NCBI GenBank assembly: GCA_966243015.1
Contig: CBIMES010000002.1
Coordinates: 48,518-112,517 of the forward strand
From: an uncultured bacterium
Lineage (GTDB): Bacteria > Patescibacteriota > Minisyncoccia > Phycocordibacterales > UBA6065
Direction: 5' to 3'
Length of the DNA: 64,000 bases
Positions 35,862 through 44,752 of the stretch are shown here, in pieces. Each line of letters opens with the position of its first letter. Position 1 is the stretch's first letter. Made by a program: the position numbers and the translations under genes. The notes under the pieces were generated by a model, which ran no database searches, was not told where the DNA came from, and worked only from the letters and a program-made list of their open reading frames with translations.

Positions 35862-37175
35862 CTATCTGAGAGCGTTAACCAGCCTTACCAGATCCTCAAT
35901 GGCGAACGCAACCGAGGCGAGGCTGGAATGTGATTCGACGCTTGATGTCACCGGCAGGGTCTTCCAGACGGTGTTTGGGGAAGACGATGCAAGAACCGTC
36001 GCCTGGGCCCTGCCGTCAGAATCCATGTAGTTTATCTTCTCAAGCTCAACCTGATAGATACCGCTCGCGCCCGGAGACAGGAAAAACGTGTGATACACAG
36101 GAACCTTCACCTGATTGTTTTCCTGCACCTTAAAGGCGACGCCGCTTGGCAAACCTGACGTCACGACACCGACTGACGGCACCGAGAAATACGAGAGCGC
36201 GCCATCAACGGGGGTTTTTACGCCATTCCTATAGACCGAGAACACGAACGAGCCCGGCTGCGAGAACGAATAATCATCTTCCCTGGCAAGAATCGATACG
36301 TTAAAGGTTGCCCTTACCGTCGTGGTAGCGCCGAACTGTGTAGACATACCGACGTGTTTTTCAATCGACGGGGTGCCGACAAGAGAGAACTCCGGTCCCG
36401 CGCCAACGCTGTTCGGCACGGGAGCCACGGCAGACCTCGCAGCAGGCGCCTTGTCCGCAGATACAATACCCATGTATATATAGAGCTCGACAAGGTTAAA
36501 CAAACTCATGTTTGCGGGCGCGCCCAGGGCTATCTCCCGCGCCTGCTGAGCCTTGGCGGGGGTAATGATGCCTACGCCTATAAAAGTCTCCGCAAGATCA
36601 GTGGCTGCCTTGTTCTGGGCTTGCGGAGGGGTAGATGTTGCGACTGGGGCGCTTTCGACAATCGAGAAAGACCCGCTCTGCTTATATCCCGTGGCAGTGC
36701 TCAGATACACGATGTAGTCACTCGCCACAGGAGTCGACGTCGCGATCTTCCAAGAAAACGATCCCGCGCTTGAGACCTTGCCGCTCGCCACTGGATTGCC
36801 CACAGTCTTGGACAGGACATTTTTGGTTGGGCCCGTTGATTTTCGATACACCGCGAGGCCAAGGCTGTTATTCGAAGTCGTGAGACCAGAAACCTCCCAC
36901 GAGATAGTCACCGTGTCGCCAACTTTGTAAGCCTCTCCTCCTGCGGGAGCCAGCGAATTAATGACCGGCTTTGCGCTCAAGGACGGCGCAGGAGCAGGCT
37001 TGGCCACCGTACTGTTAAGCACGGGCTTCGCCACCACGGTCGCCTTAGCGGGTGTAGACACCTTGGTTGGCAGCACATTGCCCCGGATCATTGTCTGAGC
37101 AGAGGTTGCCGAGACCGAGAGACCACACACGAGAAGCACCGCCGAGACCGACGCGACCGCAATAACGTTCTTCAT
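35862..37175 (-). CDS. Secreted modular surface protein inserted between fusA and tuf
   Basis: Signal peptide, Pro/Ala linker, P.GGE..VG..VTISW Ig-like domain, duplicated helical motif (..E.FIGVGII.PAKA..AR / ..ELYIYMGIV.ADKA..AR), C-terminal beta domain. Confidence 0.8.
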   Translation of the reverse strand: MKNVIAVASVSAVLLVCGLSVSATSAQTMIRGNVLPTKVSTPAKATVVAKPVLNSTVAKPAPAPSLSAKPVINSLAPAGGEAYKVGDTVTISWEVSGLTTSNNSLGLAVYRKSTGPTKNVLSKTVGNPVASGKVSSAGSFSWKIATSTPVASDYIVYLSTATGYKQSGSFSIVESAPVATSTPPQAQNKAATDLAETFIGVGIITPAKAQQAREIALGAPANMSLFNLVELYIYMGIVSADKAPAARSAVAPVPNSVGAGPEFSLVGTPSIEKHVGMSTQFGATTTVRATFNVSILAREDDYSFSQPGSFVFSVYRNGVKTPVDGALSYFSVPSVGVVTSGLPSGVAFKVQENNQVKVPVYHTFFLSPGASGIYQVELEKINYMDSDGRAQATVLASSSPNTVWKTLPVTSSVESHSSLASVAFAIEDLVRLVNALR

Positions 37176-37354
37176 GAAAAGATAAAAAGAGCTGATAAAT
37201 AAAAAACTCGCCCAACTACTCTTGATTCGTAAAGTGTTTGGGCGAGTTCTCTAAACTCACTCCATAAGTATAGTCGAAATTTTGAAAAAGTCAAGATGTC
37301 GCAGACAGCAAAAGCCACCCTTTCGGGTGGCTTTTGTGTAAGTCGTGGTCAAAA

Positions 37355-39499
37355 TTACTTTCGAGCGGCAACGATCTCCTTCTCGACGTTTGGCGGAACA
37401 ACCTCGTAGTGGTCGAACTCCATGGTCGATGATCCCTGACCAGAGGTCATAGATCGGAGGGCGGTCGTGTATCCGAACATCTCTGAGAGAGGAACCTTTG
37501 CGGTGATGACCTGGGCCTGTCCTCGCATAGTGGTTCCCTCGATGAGTCCTCGCTTCGAAGCAATCGATCCAGTGATGTCTCCCATGAACTTCTCAGGGGC
37601 GATGATCTCGACCTTCATGATTGGCTCGAGGATAACTGGCTTAGCTCGCTTTGCCGCGTCCTGGAACGCCATCGATCCCGCGATCTTGTAGGCGATTTCA
37701 GACGAGTCAACGTCGTGGTACGAACCGAAAGTAAGCTCACACGATATGTTGACCATCCTGAATCCTGCGACAACGCCACGATCCATAGCCTCCTTAACAC
37801 CCTTCTCGACCGCTGGGATGAACTCGTTTGGAATAACTCCTCCCTTGATCGAATTGATGAACTCGAACTCCTCGTATCGAGACACGTTCTTCGGAACCTT
37901 CTCGCCCTCTGGCAATGGCTCCATGGGCTTGAGGGTGATTCGGGCGTGACCGTACTGACCCTTACCTCCAGACTGCTTAACATGCTTATAGTCAGCCTCG
38001 GCAGTGCCCTGAATGGTCTCTCGGTATGCCACCTGAGGCTTACCGACGTTTGCCTCGACGCCGAACTCTCGCTTCATTCGGTCGACCATGATCTCGAGGT
38101 GGAGCTCACCCATTCCCGCGATGAGGGTCTCGCCGGTCTCTGGGTTAGCAGTGATCCTAAAGGTTGGATCCTCGTTCGCAAGCTTGCGGAGAGCGCTACC
38201 CATCTTCTCCTGGTCACCCTTGGTCTTTGGCTCAATGCGCATCGAGATAACTGGCTCAACGAACTTGATGGCCTCGAGAACAATCGGGTTGTTCTCGTCG
38301 CAGAGGGTGTGTGAGGTGAGGGCCTCCTTGAGACCTACCGCAGCGGCAATCTCTCCAGCGAACACGCGCTGAACCTCCTCCTTCTTGTCCGCCTGAAGTC
38401 GGACGATTCGCGAGAGTCGCTCCTTCTTGCCGGTGGTTGAGTTGTAGATGTACGAACCTGCCTCCACGCTACCCGAGTAGACACGGAAGAAGGTGAGCTG
38501 ACCGACGAATGGATCGTTCTGAAGCTTGAAGGCAAGCGCGGAGAACGGCTCCTTGTCGTCAGCGTGTCGGAGAATCTCCTCACCGGTGTTAGGATTAATA
38601 CCCTTAACCGCCGGGATGTCGAGCGGTGACGGGAGGTAATCAACGACAGCGTCGAGAACGAGCTGAACGCCCTTGTTCTTGAGCGCGGTACCGGTCATGA
38701 CCGGGAAGATCTTGCAGGCGAGAACCGCCTTTCGAAGCATCTTCTTGAGGGTTGGGACATCGAACTCCTTGCCCTCGAGGTACTCGGTCATCATCGCATC
38801 GTCTGTCTCGGCAATCTTCTCGACGAGCTCTGATCGGTACTTCTTTGCCTCGTCTACCATGTCGGCAGGAATCTCGTTCTCGATGACGTTCATGCCCATC
38901 TCGCCCTCGAAGGTGTAAAACTTCATCTTGAGGAGGTCGATGACTCCCTTGAAGTTCTCCTCTGCTCCCACAGGGATCTGGATTCGAACGCCGTTCTTGT
39001 TGAGTCGGTCGAGGATAGACTTGTACGACTTCTCGAACGAAGCTCCCATTCGGTCGAGCTTGTTGATGAAGCAGATTCGAGGAACGTTAGACTCGTCCGC
39101 GTATCGCCAGTTTGTCTCTGACTGTGGCTCCACTCCCGCAACGCCGTCGAACACGACGACTGCACCGTCGAGCACTCGAAGCGATCGCTTTACCTCTACG
39201 GTGAAGTCGATGTGGCCCGGGGTGTCGATAACGTTGAAGCGGTGCTTCATGCTGTTGTCGCCCTTTGGCATATAGGTAGGGTTCCAGAAGCAGGTGATGG
39301 CAGCAGCCGTGATAGTGATGCCTCGCTCTCGCTCCTGCTCCATCCAGTCGGTGACGGTCTCACCCTCGTGAACCTCACCGATCTTGTGGGTCATACCGGT
39401 GTAGTAGAGGATTCGCTCCGAGGTGGTCGTCTTTCCCGCGTCGATATGGGCGATGACTCCGAAGTTACGTACTTTGTCGAGTGGATAATCTCTATTCAT
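37355..39499 (-). CDS. fusA: Elongation factor G
   Basis: AHIDAGKTT, ERERGITI, DTPGH, GMGELHLE, GSYHDVDSS. Confidence 0.98.
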   Translation of the reverse strand: MNRDYPLDKVRNFGVIAHIDAGKTTTSERILYYTGMTHKIGEVHEGETVTDWMEQERERGITITAAAITCFWNPTYMPKGDNSMKHRFNVIDTPGHIDFTVEVKRSLRVLDGAVVVFDGVAGVEPQSETNWRYADESNVPRICFINKLDRMGASFEKSYKSILDRLNKNGVRIQIPVGAEENFKGVIDLLKMKFYTFEGEMGMNVIENEIPADMVDEAKKYRSELVEKIAETDDAMMTEYLEGKEFDVPTLKKMLRKAVLACKIFPVMTGTALKNKGVQLVLDAVVDYLPSPLDIPAVKGINPNTGEEILRHADDKEPFSALAFKLQNDPFVGQLTFFRVYSGSVEAGSYIYNSTTGKKERLSRIVRLQADKKEEVQRVFAGEIAAAVGLKEALTSHTLCDENNPIVLEAIKFVEPVISMRIEPKTKGDQEKMGSALRKLANEDPTFRITANPETGETLIAGMGELHLEIMVDRMKREFGVEANVGKPQVAYRETIQGTAEADYKHVKQSGGKGQYGHARITLKPMEPLPEGEKVPKNVSRYEEFEFINSIKGGVIPNEFIPAVEKGVKEAMDRGVVAGFRMVNISCELTFGSYHDVDSSEIAYKIAGSMAFQDAAKRAKPVILEPIMKVEIIAPEKFMGDITGSIASKRGLIEGTTMRGQAQVITAKVPLSEMFGYTTALRSMTSGQGSSTMEFDHYEVVPPNVEKEIVAARK

Positions 39500-39623
39500 A
39501 AATTAGTGGCTAACGATGTTGGAACCCCCATTCCTTAAATAAAAAGCCAAGAGGAGACTCTTGCTAGGTAGGGATAGAGTATAGTAAAAGACGCCGAAAA
39601 TCAAGAAAGAACCTTTATGTCAG

Positions 39624-40229
39624 CTATTTGTAGAGCTTGGCACACTGTCGACATGATCCTATCTCGCACGCAGCCCCGTCACCTGTTGTGTTGATAGGGT
39701 CAGCCCAGTAGAATTTACCCCAATAACCTCCCAGTACTGCGCACTGCGCGAACGTCGGTTGGCCTGCGGCTTCTTCAGGGATATATCCGATCTGGAAGCT
39801 GTCTGTGCCGTACGAACTCACATCAACCACGTTCCCATTCTTATCTGTGACGAGACCTGCGATGAGCGCCACGGGCGATGCGTAAATGTAAGCGTTTGCC
39901 TCGCGCGTAGGCACAGGATCAATTGGAACCTTAGCCATATAAGGCGCGAGCGCGGTGTTCAAAGCATCATTACCTTTGTGATTGACGGCACACGTCTGAC
40001 TCGACGTCATACCGAGACAGGCCCCTTTTGTAACAGGATACGATCCCCCATGATCCAAGGCATAGAGATAAAGGGCCTTCGATATCTGGTCCATATCGGC
40101 AACGCGTTTTGCGTTCCTCGCCTTAAGTCGCGCCGCGTTCAGGCTCGAGAGCACGACGCTCGACAGCAAAGCGATGATCGAAATGACAACAAGAAGTTCA
40201 ATGAGTGTGAAGCCCTCTCTGCGATTCAT
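39624..40229 (-). CDS. Type IV pilin-like protein inserted between rpsG and fusA
   Basis: GFTLIELLVVISII, AR.KARNAKR..D, P.DP; Cys-rich tail. Confidence 0.88.
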   Translation of the reverse strand: MNRREGFTLIELLVVISIIALLSSVVLSSLNAARLKARNAKRVADMDQISKALYLYALDHGGSYPVTKGACLGMTSSQTCAVNHKGNDALNTALAPYMAKVPIDPVPTREANAYIYASPVALIAGLVTDKNGNVVDVSSYGTDSFQIGYIPEEAAGQPTFAQCAVLGGYWGKFYWADPINTTGDGAACEIGSCRQCAKLYK

Positions 40230-40313
40230 ATGAATCGATGATACCACCGTTGAAACAGCAAAAGCCACCATGTGGTGGCTTTTGCTGTTTAAAACAATTC
40301 AGTAATTACCAAA

Positions 40314-40784
40314 TTACCAAGCAAAGTGAGCGAAGGCCTTGTTTGCCTCTGCCATCTTGTGCACGTTCTCGCGCTTCTTGACCGCCTCGCCCTCGTTCTT
40401 CGAAGCGGCGATAATCTCCTCGGCGAGCTTAACGGCGATAGGCTGCCCCTTCTTCGCTCGAGCCGCGGTAACGATCCACTTCATAGAGAGAGCCTGGCGT
40501 CGCTCAGGTCGAACCTCGACAGGGACCTGGTAGTTTGCGCCTCCGACTCGTCGCGACCTGACCTCAACCTGAGGGGCAGTGTTCTTGAGAGCGGCCTCGA
40601 GAACCTCGATAGGGTTCTCGACCTTTGCCTTGTCCTTGATAACCTCGAGGCAGTCGTACACGGCGGTTCGCGCGGTGTTCTTCTTGCCGTCGTACATGAC
40701 GTAGTTGATGAGCTTGTTTACTCGATCGTTGTCGAACTTGATGTCGCCGCCAATCGGCTTCCTTGCCTTAATTTTTCGTCGCAT
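40314..40784 (-). CDS. rpsG: 30S ribosomal protein S7
   Basis: EVRSRRVGGANYQVP, HKMAEANKAFAH. Confidence 0.97.
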   Translation of the reverse strand: MRRKIKARKPIGGDIKFDNDRVNKLINYVMYDGKKNTARTAVYDCLEVIKDKAKVENPIEVLEAALKNTAPQVEVRSRRVGGANYQVPVEVRPERRQALSMKWIVTAARAKKGQPIAVKLAEEIIAASKNEGEAVKKRENVHKMAEANKAFAHFAW

Positions 40785-40816
40785 AGATAGTTGTTGTTAG
40801 ATGAGAAAAAATGGCC

Positions 40817-41233
40817 TTACTTAGCCGCCTTTGGCTTCTTGGTGCCGTACTGGCTTCGACCCTTTCGTCGGGTCTCAACGCCCGCTGCGTCGAGCACTCC
40901 TCGAACCACTGAATAGCGGAGACCGACGTCCTTGACTCGTCCACCTCGAAGGAGAACCACTGAGTGCTCCTGAAGGTTGTGGCCCATGCCTGGAACGTAG
41001 GCGGTAACCTCCATGCCGTTAGAGAGTCGAACTCGCGCGATCTTTCGGATTGCTGAGTTTGGCTTCTTTGGGGTCTTGGTGGTCACCTTGATGCACACGC
41101 CTCGCTTGAACGGCGAGAAGAAGTATCGTGGCTTGTTCTTGAGAACGTTGAAGCTCTTGGTGAGAGCGACCGACTTGGACTTGCGCTTGATTGAGCTGCG
41201 CTTCCTCTTTACCAGCTGGTGAATGGTTGGCAT
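40817..41233 (-). CDS. rpsL: 30S ribosomal protein S12
   Basis: MPTIHQL, PKKPNSA, HNLQEHS, GGRVKD. Confidence 0.97.
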   Translation of the reverse strand: MPTIHQLVKRKRSSIKRKSKSVALTKSFNVLKNKPRYFFSPFKRGVCIKVTTKTPKKPNSAIRKIARVRLSNGMEVTAYVPGMGHNLQEHSVVLLRGGRVKDVGLRYSVVRGVLDAAGVETRRKGRSQYGTKKPKAAK

Positions 41234-41462
41234 TCGTAATTATATGGCTAACTATATAAATATTTCCCGTGAGACAGAGTGTTCGCTTCGCAGGCTCGGG
41301 GCTTGAGATGGCCTATGGCCGCGCCACCGTCCTGTTACTCACCTGTCCCTCAATAAATAGCGTCTGGGACGCAGGTCAGAGATTACTACAAAAGAAGGTT
41401 TTCGGCAAATTTCCAGACTGTTTTTGCTTTACGGAGGGAAAAACCCTAGTATAGGGAAATCT

Positions 41463-42386
41463 ATGGCATCCAACGAAGAAAACCTCCCTCTCAAGCTCAT
41501 CCAGCGAAACGCGGACGAGCTTAACCTCAAGAACCCCCTCATGGTCGAGGGTGAGGCAGCCTTGTTCGCGGAATACCCTTCCCCTGTAGAGAGCGCCGTT
41601 GTCTTCCTACCCAAGAGCAAAGCCCTCATTAATATGACCCTCGCCCTGGTTTCGGGAATCGTCAAAGAGGACGGCATCATCGTCCTTGCAGGGACGAACA
41701 ATGCGGGCATTCGCTCGGCGAACAACGCCTACGAGACGCAGGTGGGCCCTGTCGAGAAGAAATTCGTGGGCAATCACTCGGCCCTCTATGTGGGCAAGAA
41801 CAAGAAGCTCGGCGCAGGCAAGAAAATCGCTGATTTCCTCTCATTCTCGAAGCTCTCGTATAAAGACACCGATCTAGACGTCGCCAGCCTCCCCGGCGTA
41901 TTCAGCGCAGACGGACTCGACGAGGGAACCAGACTCCTCCTCGACACCATCCCTTACGAGAAAAGGGCGAAGCGCGTGCTTGATATTGCCTGCGGCGCGG
42001 GAATTATCGGCGCAATATACAAAAAGAAATCACCTGAAAGCGACCTCACGCTCTCTGACGTGAGCCCCCTTGCTGTTGCCGCCGCCAAAGAGACCCTTAC
42101 AAAAAACACGATCGATGGATCTGTCGTACTCTCGGACGGGTTCTCGCGCATAAGCGGCACGTTCGACCTCATGGTGGCAAATCCCCCATTCCACACGGGA
42201 GTAAAAACCGATTATTCGTTTATTGAGAACTTCGCGGCAAATGCGCGCAGGCACTTGAATAAGAGCGGGGAAATATACCTCGTCGCAAACGCATTCCTCC
42301 CCTACAAGGAAAAGCTCGAACGCATCGGGCCAACCGAAATGGTCGCGGAGACCCCGAAATTTATCGTGTGGCGAACGGTCGCGTAG
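41463..42386 (+). CDS. 16S rRNA m2G1207 methyltransferase RsmC-like (MTS_N + MTS)
   Basis: LPGVFS..LDEGT, LDIACGAG, NPPFH, VANAFLPY. Confidence 0.85.
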   Translation: MASNEENLPLKLIQRNADELNLKNPLMVEGEAALFAEYPSPVESAVVFLPKSKALINMTLALVSGIVKEDGIIVLAGTNNAGIRSANNAYETQVGPVEKKFVGNHSALYVGKNKKLGAGKKIADFLSFSKLSYKDTDLDVASLPGVFSADGLDEGTRLLLDTIPYEKRAKRVLDIACGAGIIGAIYKKKSPESDLTLSDVSPLAVAAAKETLTKNTIDGSVVLSDGFSRISGTFDLMVANPPFHTGVKTDYSFIENFAANARRHLNKSGEIYLVANAFLPYKEKLERIGPTEMVAETPKFIVWRTVA

Positions 42387-43182
42387 AAATCGCCTGAGCA
42401 TAGACACTCTCTATCTCAGCGGCGACAAGAGACTTGGCGAAAACGTAGACCGAATCGATGAGAAGGTTTCGCCCACACCCATTGGTACACGCGGCCAGGG
42501 CACCAAGCGTGGCGTTAAATGACGCGGGCACACCTGAGTTGGTTGAAGACAGGGTTGTGCCATCAAGCTTTCCGTCGACATACACCTTAAGAGTGGAGCC
42601 ATCATAGGTCCCCGCCAGGTGATACCAGCGTCCAGACTGTATTGCAGTAGAACCAGTCACCGACACTGCCGATCCATTCCAGATCCTAAAGGACGCCCTT
42701 CCCCCGCCAGTCACCTGGAGACTGTAGCCATTGTAGGCGCCGCAACAGTCTCGGTCGTTCGAGAAAATGTAGTTATATCCCGACGTCGTGTACTTGACCC
42801 AACCCATGACGGTAATGCTCCCGGCCATTGAGGAAAGAGAGACGTTCGACCCTGCGTTTACGTAAGGGGTGGTCCCAGACGAGGAGACGGAACAGCCCTT
42901 ACCAGTAGGCGTATCGGTCGAAAACGCCGCGCCGCCAGTCAAGGTGCCCGTATTGCCGTTGCCAGAGAGGTCGTTGGCGACAGTGCCGCTGCACTCGTCG
43001 AACTCCCATATACCCATAGCCTCGTCACCCGCGGCGTGATACACATTTGCGGCAAACTGCCGAGAGGCAGCAAGAGCGGCCTTCGATCGAGAAGCATTCA
43101 CGCTCGATATAACAACGCTCGAAAGAAGCGCGACAATGGCAATGACGACAAGAAGCTCGATGAGGGTGAATCCCCTTTTCAT
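42361..43182 (-). CDS. Type IV pilin-like protein with LamG domain; paralog of 739..1542
   Basis: MKRGFTLIELL, WEFDE.SG..ANDLSGNG, WYHLAGTYDG..LKVYVDG. Confidence 0.88.
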   Translation of the reverse strand: MKRGFTLIELLVVIAIVALLSSVVISSVNASRSKAALAASRQFAANVYHAAGDEAMGIWEFDECSGTVANDLSGNGNTGTLTGGAAFSTDTPTGKGCSVSSSGTTPYVNAGSNVSLSSMAGSITVMGWVKYTTSGYNYIFSNDRDCCGAYNGYSLQVTGGGRASFRIWNGSAVSVTGSTAIQSGRWYHLAGTYDGSTLKVYVDGKLDGTTLSSTNSGVPASFNATLGALAACTNGCGRNLLIDSVYVFAKSLVAAEIESVYAQAISTRPFATR

Positions 43183-43201
43183 ACAGTACAGTGTACCCAA
43201 C

Positions 43202-43819
43202 TTAAAGCCCTGTGAACACCCTGAAGAGGAGGGGCACGAGCGGCGAGAAGAACTGCCAGAAGAAGACGAGGAAGATGATGACGCCGAGGAAACCAAGCCT
43301 TTCAACCCTCTCGCGGAACGCCACGAAGCGCTGAGGCAGAAGAGTCGTGAGCACCTTCGATCCGTCGAGAGGAGGAATGGGGACGAGATTAAAAACGGCA
43401 AGCGTCAGGTTGATGATGACGATAATCTGAGACAACACCCCGAGAGGGCTCTCGAGAAGACCCTGTGGCCACACATAAAGGCGAATAAACGTGCCGAAGA
43501 TGAGGGCAATGATGATATTGGACAGAGGCCCCGCGGCGGCAACAAGCCCCTCTCCCCATCGCCTGTTACGGAGATTGTAGGGATTATACGGAACAGGCTT
43601 CGCCCAACCGAAGACAATACCCCCTGGCAAAAGAAGGGTTATGACGGGAAACACGATTGTTCCCATTATGTCTATGTGCCTGAGCGGATTCAGGGTGAGC
43701 CTGCCTTCGTAGGCGGCAGTCTTGTCGCCGAGAGCCAGGGCTGCGTATCCATGGGCTATCTCATGGATAATGACCGAAAACAGGAGGATGACGAGGGAGA
43801 AAATGAGTTGTAGATCCAT
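43202..43819 (-). CDS. Site-2 protease (M50 family)
   Basis: HEIAH, AAGP, FNLVPIPPLDG. Confidence 0.93.
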   Translation of the reverse strand: MDLQLIFSLVILLFSVIIHEIAHGYAALALGDKTAAYEGRLTLNPLRHIDIMGTIVFPVITLLLPGGIVFGWAKPVPYNPYNLRNRRWGEGLVAAAGPLSNIIIALIFGTFIRLYVWPQGLLESPLGVLSQIIVIINLTLAVFNLVPIPPLDGSKVLTTLLPQRFVAFRERVERLGFLGVIIFLVFFWQFFSPLVPLLFRVFTGL

Positions 43820-43881
43820 AAAGTCTTGCTAAAGCAATAATCTCATGATAGCATGGCCAGCACTTCCTAGACATCATATTT

Positions 43882-44124
43882 ATGGCAAAGATTTGTCCAA
43901 TCACTAAGCGAACCTCACTCGTCGGCGGCGGATACTCAAACGCCACCCGAGCAACCCAGTACAATCCTACGGGCAAGGTTCGACGATACCTCAACCTTCA
44001 GTCAAAGAAGGTCTACATCCCTGAGCTCAAGAAGAGCATCCGACTCACCCTCTCTACCCGAGCGATCAAGACCATCAACAAGAACGGCGCGTTCGCAACC
44101 CTCAAGAAGGCAGGCCTCATCTAA
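43882..44124 (+). CDS. rpmB: 50S ribosomal protein L28
   Basis: MAKICPIT, RR..NLQ, LSTRAIKTINKNG. Confidence 0.92.
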   Translation: MAKICPITKRTSLVGGGYSNATRATQYNPTGKVRRYLNLQSKKVYIPELKKSIRLTLSTRAIKTINKNGAFATLKKAGLI

Positions 44125-44197
44125 AACGAAAACCGCCGCAAGGCGGTTTTTTCTTTGACTTGCCGTTTGATCGAAGGAGGGGTAAGGTGAAAAAAGA

Positions 44198-44716
44198 ATG
44201 AGCTCCCAAACAAAACCCATCGTAGCGACCCTGTGCTACCTCATAGAAATCAGGGGCGGCAAGCAGAAAATCCTGCTCGCCCGGAAAGCTCGAACGCCAA
44301 AGGCCGTTAAATACGGCATTGCCAATCGCCTCAATGGCTATGGAGGGCACAAGGAAGACGGCGAGACGGTTCGCAGGTGCTGCATCCGCGAGCTTCGCGC
44401 AGAATCCGGAATCGCGGTGGAAAGCCGAAACCTCAAAGAGGTCGCCCGCATCACCTACGACAACAATGGTGACACCCAAGTGCTCGTCCACGTCTTTAAG
44501 GCTACCAAGCACAAGGGGGAACCAAGGAACTCGAACGAGATGACGGACCCTCGCTGGTATTCGACCGAGAACATCCCCTACGACCAGATGCCGTCTGGGG
44601 ACAAGCTCGTGCTCCCCCACATCATAAAAGGCGAGAAAGTGGAGGGGTTGATACGATACGACGAGAACAGGAACATCACCGATTACGAGATACACCTTGT
44701 CGACGATTTCTCCTGA
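44198..44716 (+). CDS. NUDIX hydrolase (MTH1/MutT-like)
   Basis: NGYGGHKEDGE...RELRAESG, EMTDPRWY...IPYDQM. Confidence 0.85.
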   Translation: MSSQTKPIVATLCYLIEIRGGKQKILLARKARTPKAVKYGIANRLNGYGGHKEDGETVRRCCIRELRAESGIAVESRNLKEVARITYDNNGDTQVLVHVFKATKHKGEPRNSNEMTDPRWYSTENIPYDQMPSGDKLVLPHIIKGEKVEGLIRYDENRNITDYEIHLVDDFS

Positions 44717-44752
44717 CGTCGACCCAAGGCGGGAGTCTGAAACTCCCGCCTT

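Noticed and set aside
37860-37935. Intein or intron in fusA
   Set aside because: It is only a ~15-aa in-frame loop insertion (PLPEGEKVPKNVSRY) with no splicing motifs.
43183-43401. 73-aa N-terminal extension of the LamG pilin ORF
   Set aside because: It overlaps the site-2 protease gene in another frame; the real start MKRGFTL at 43182 has its own -10 box.
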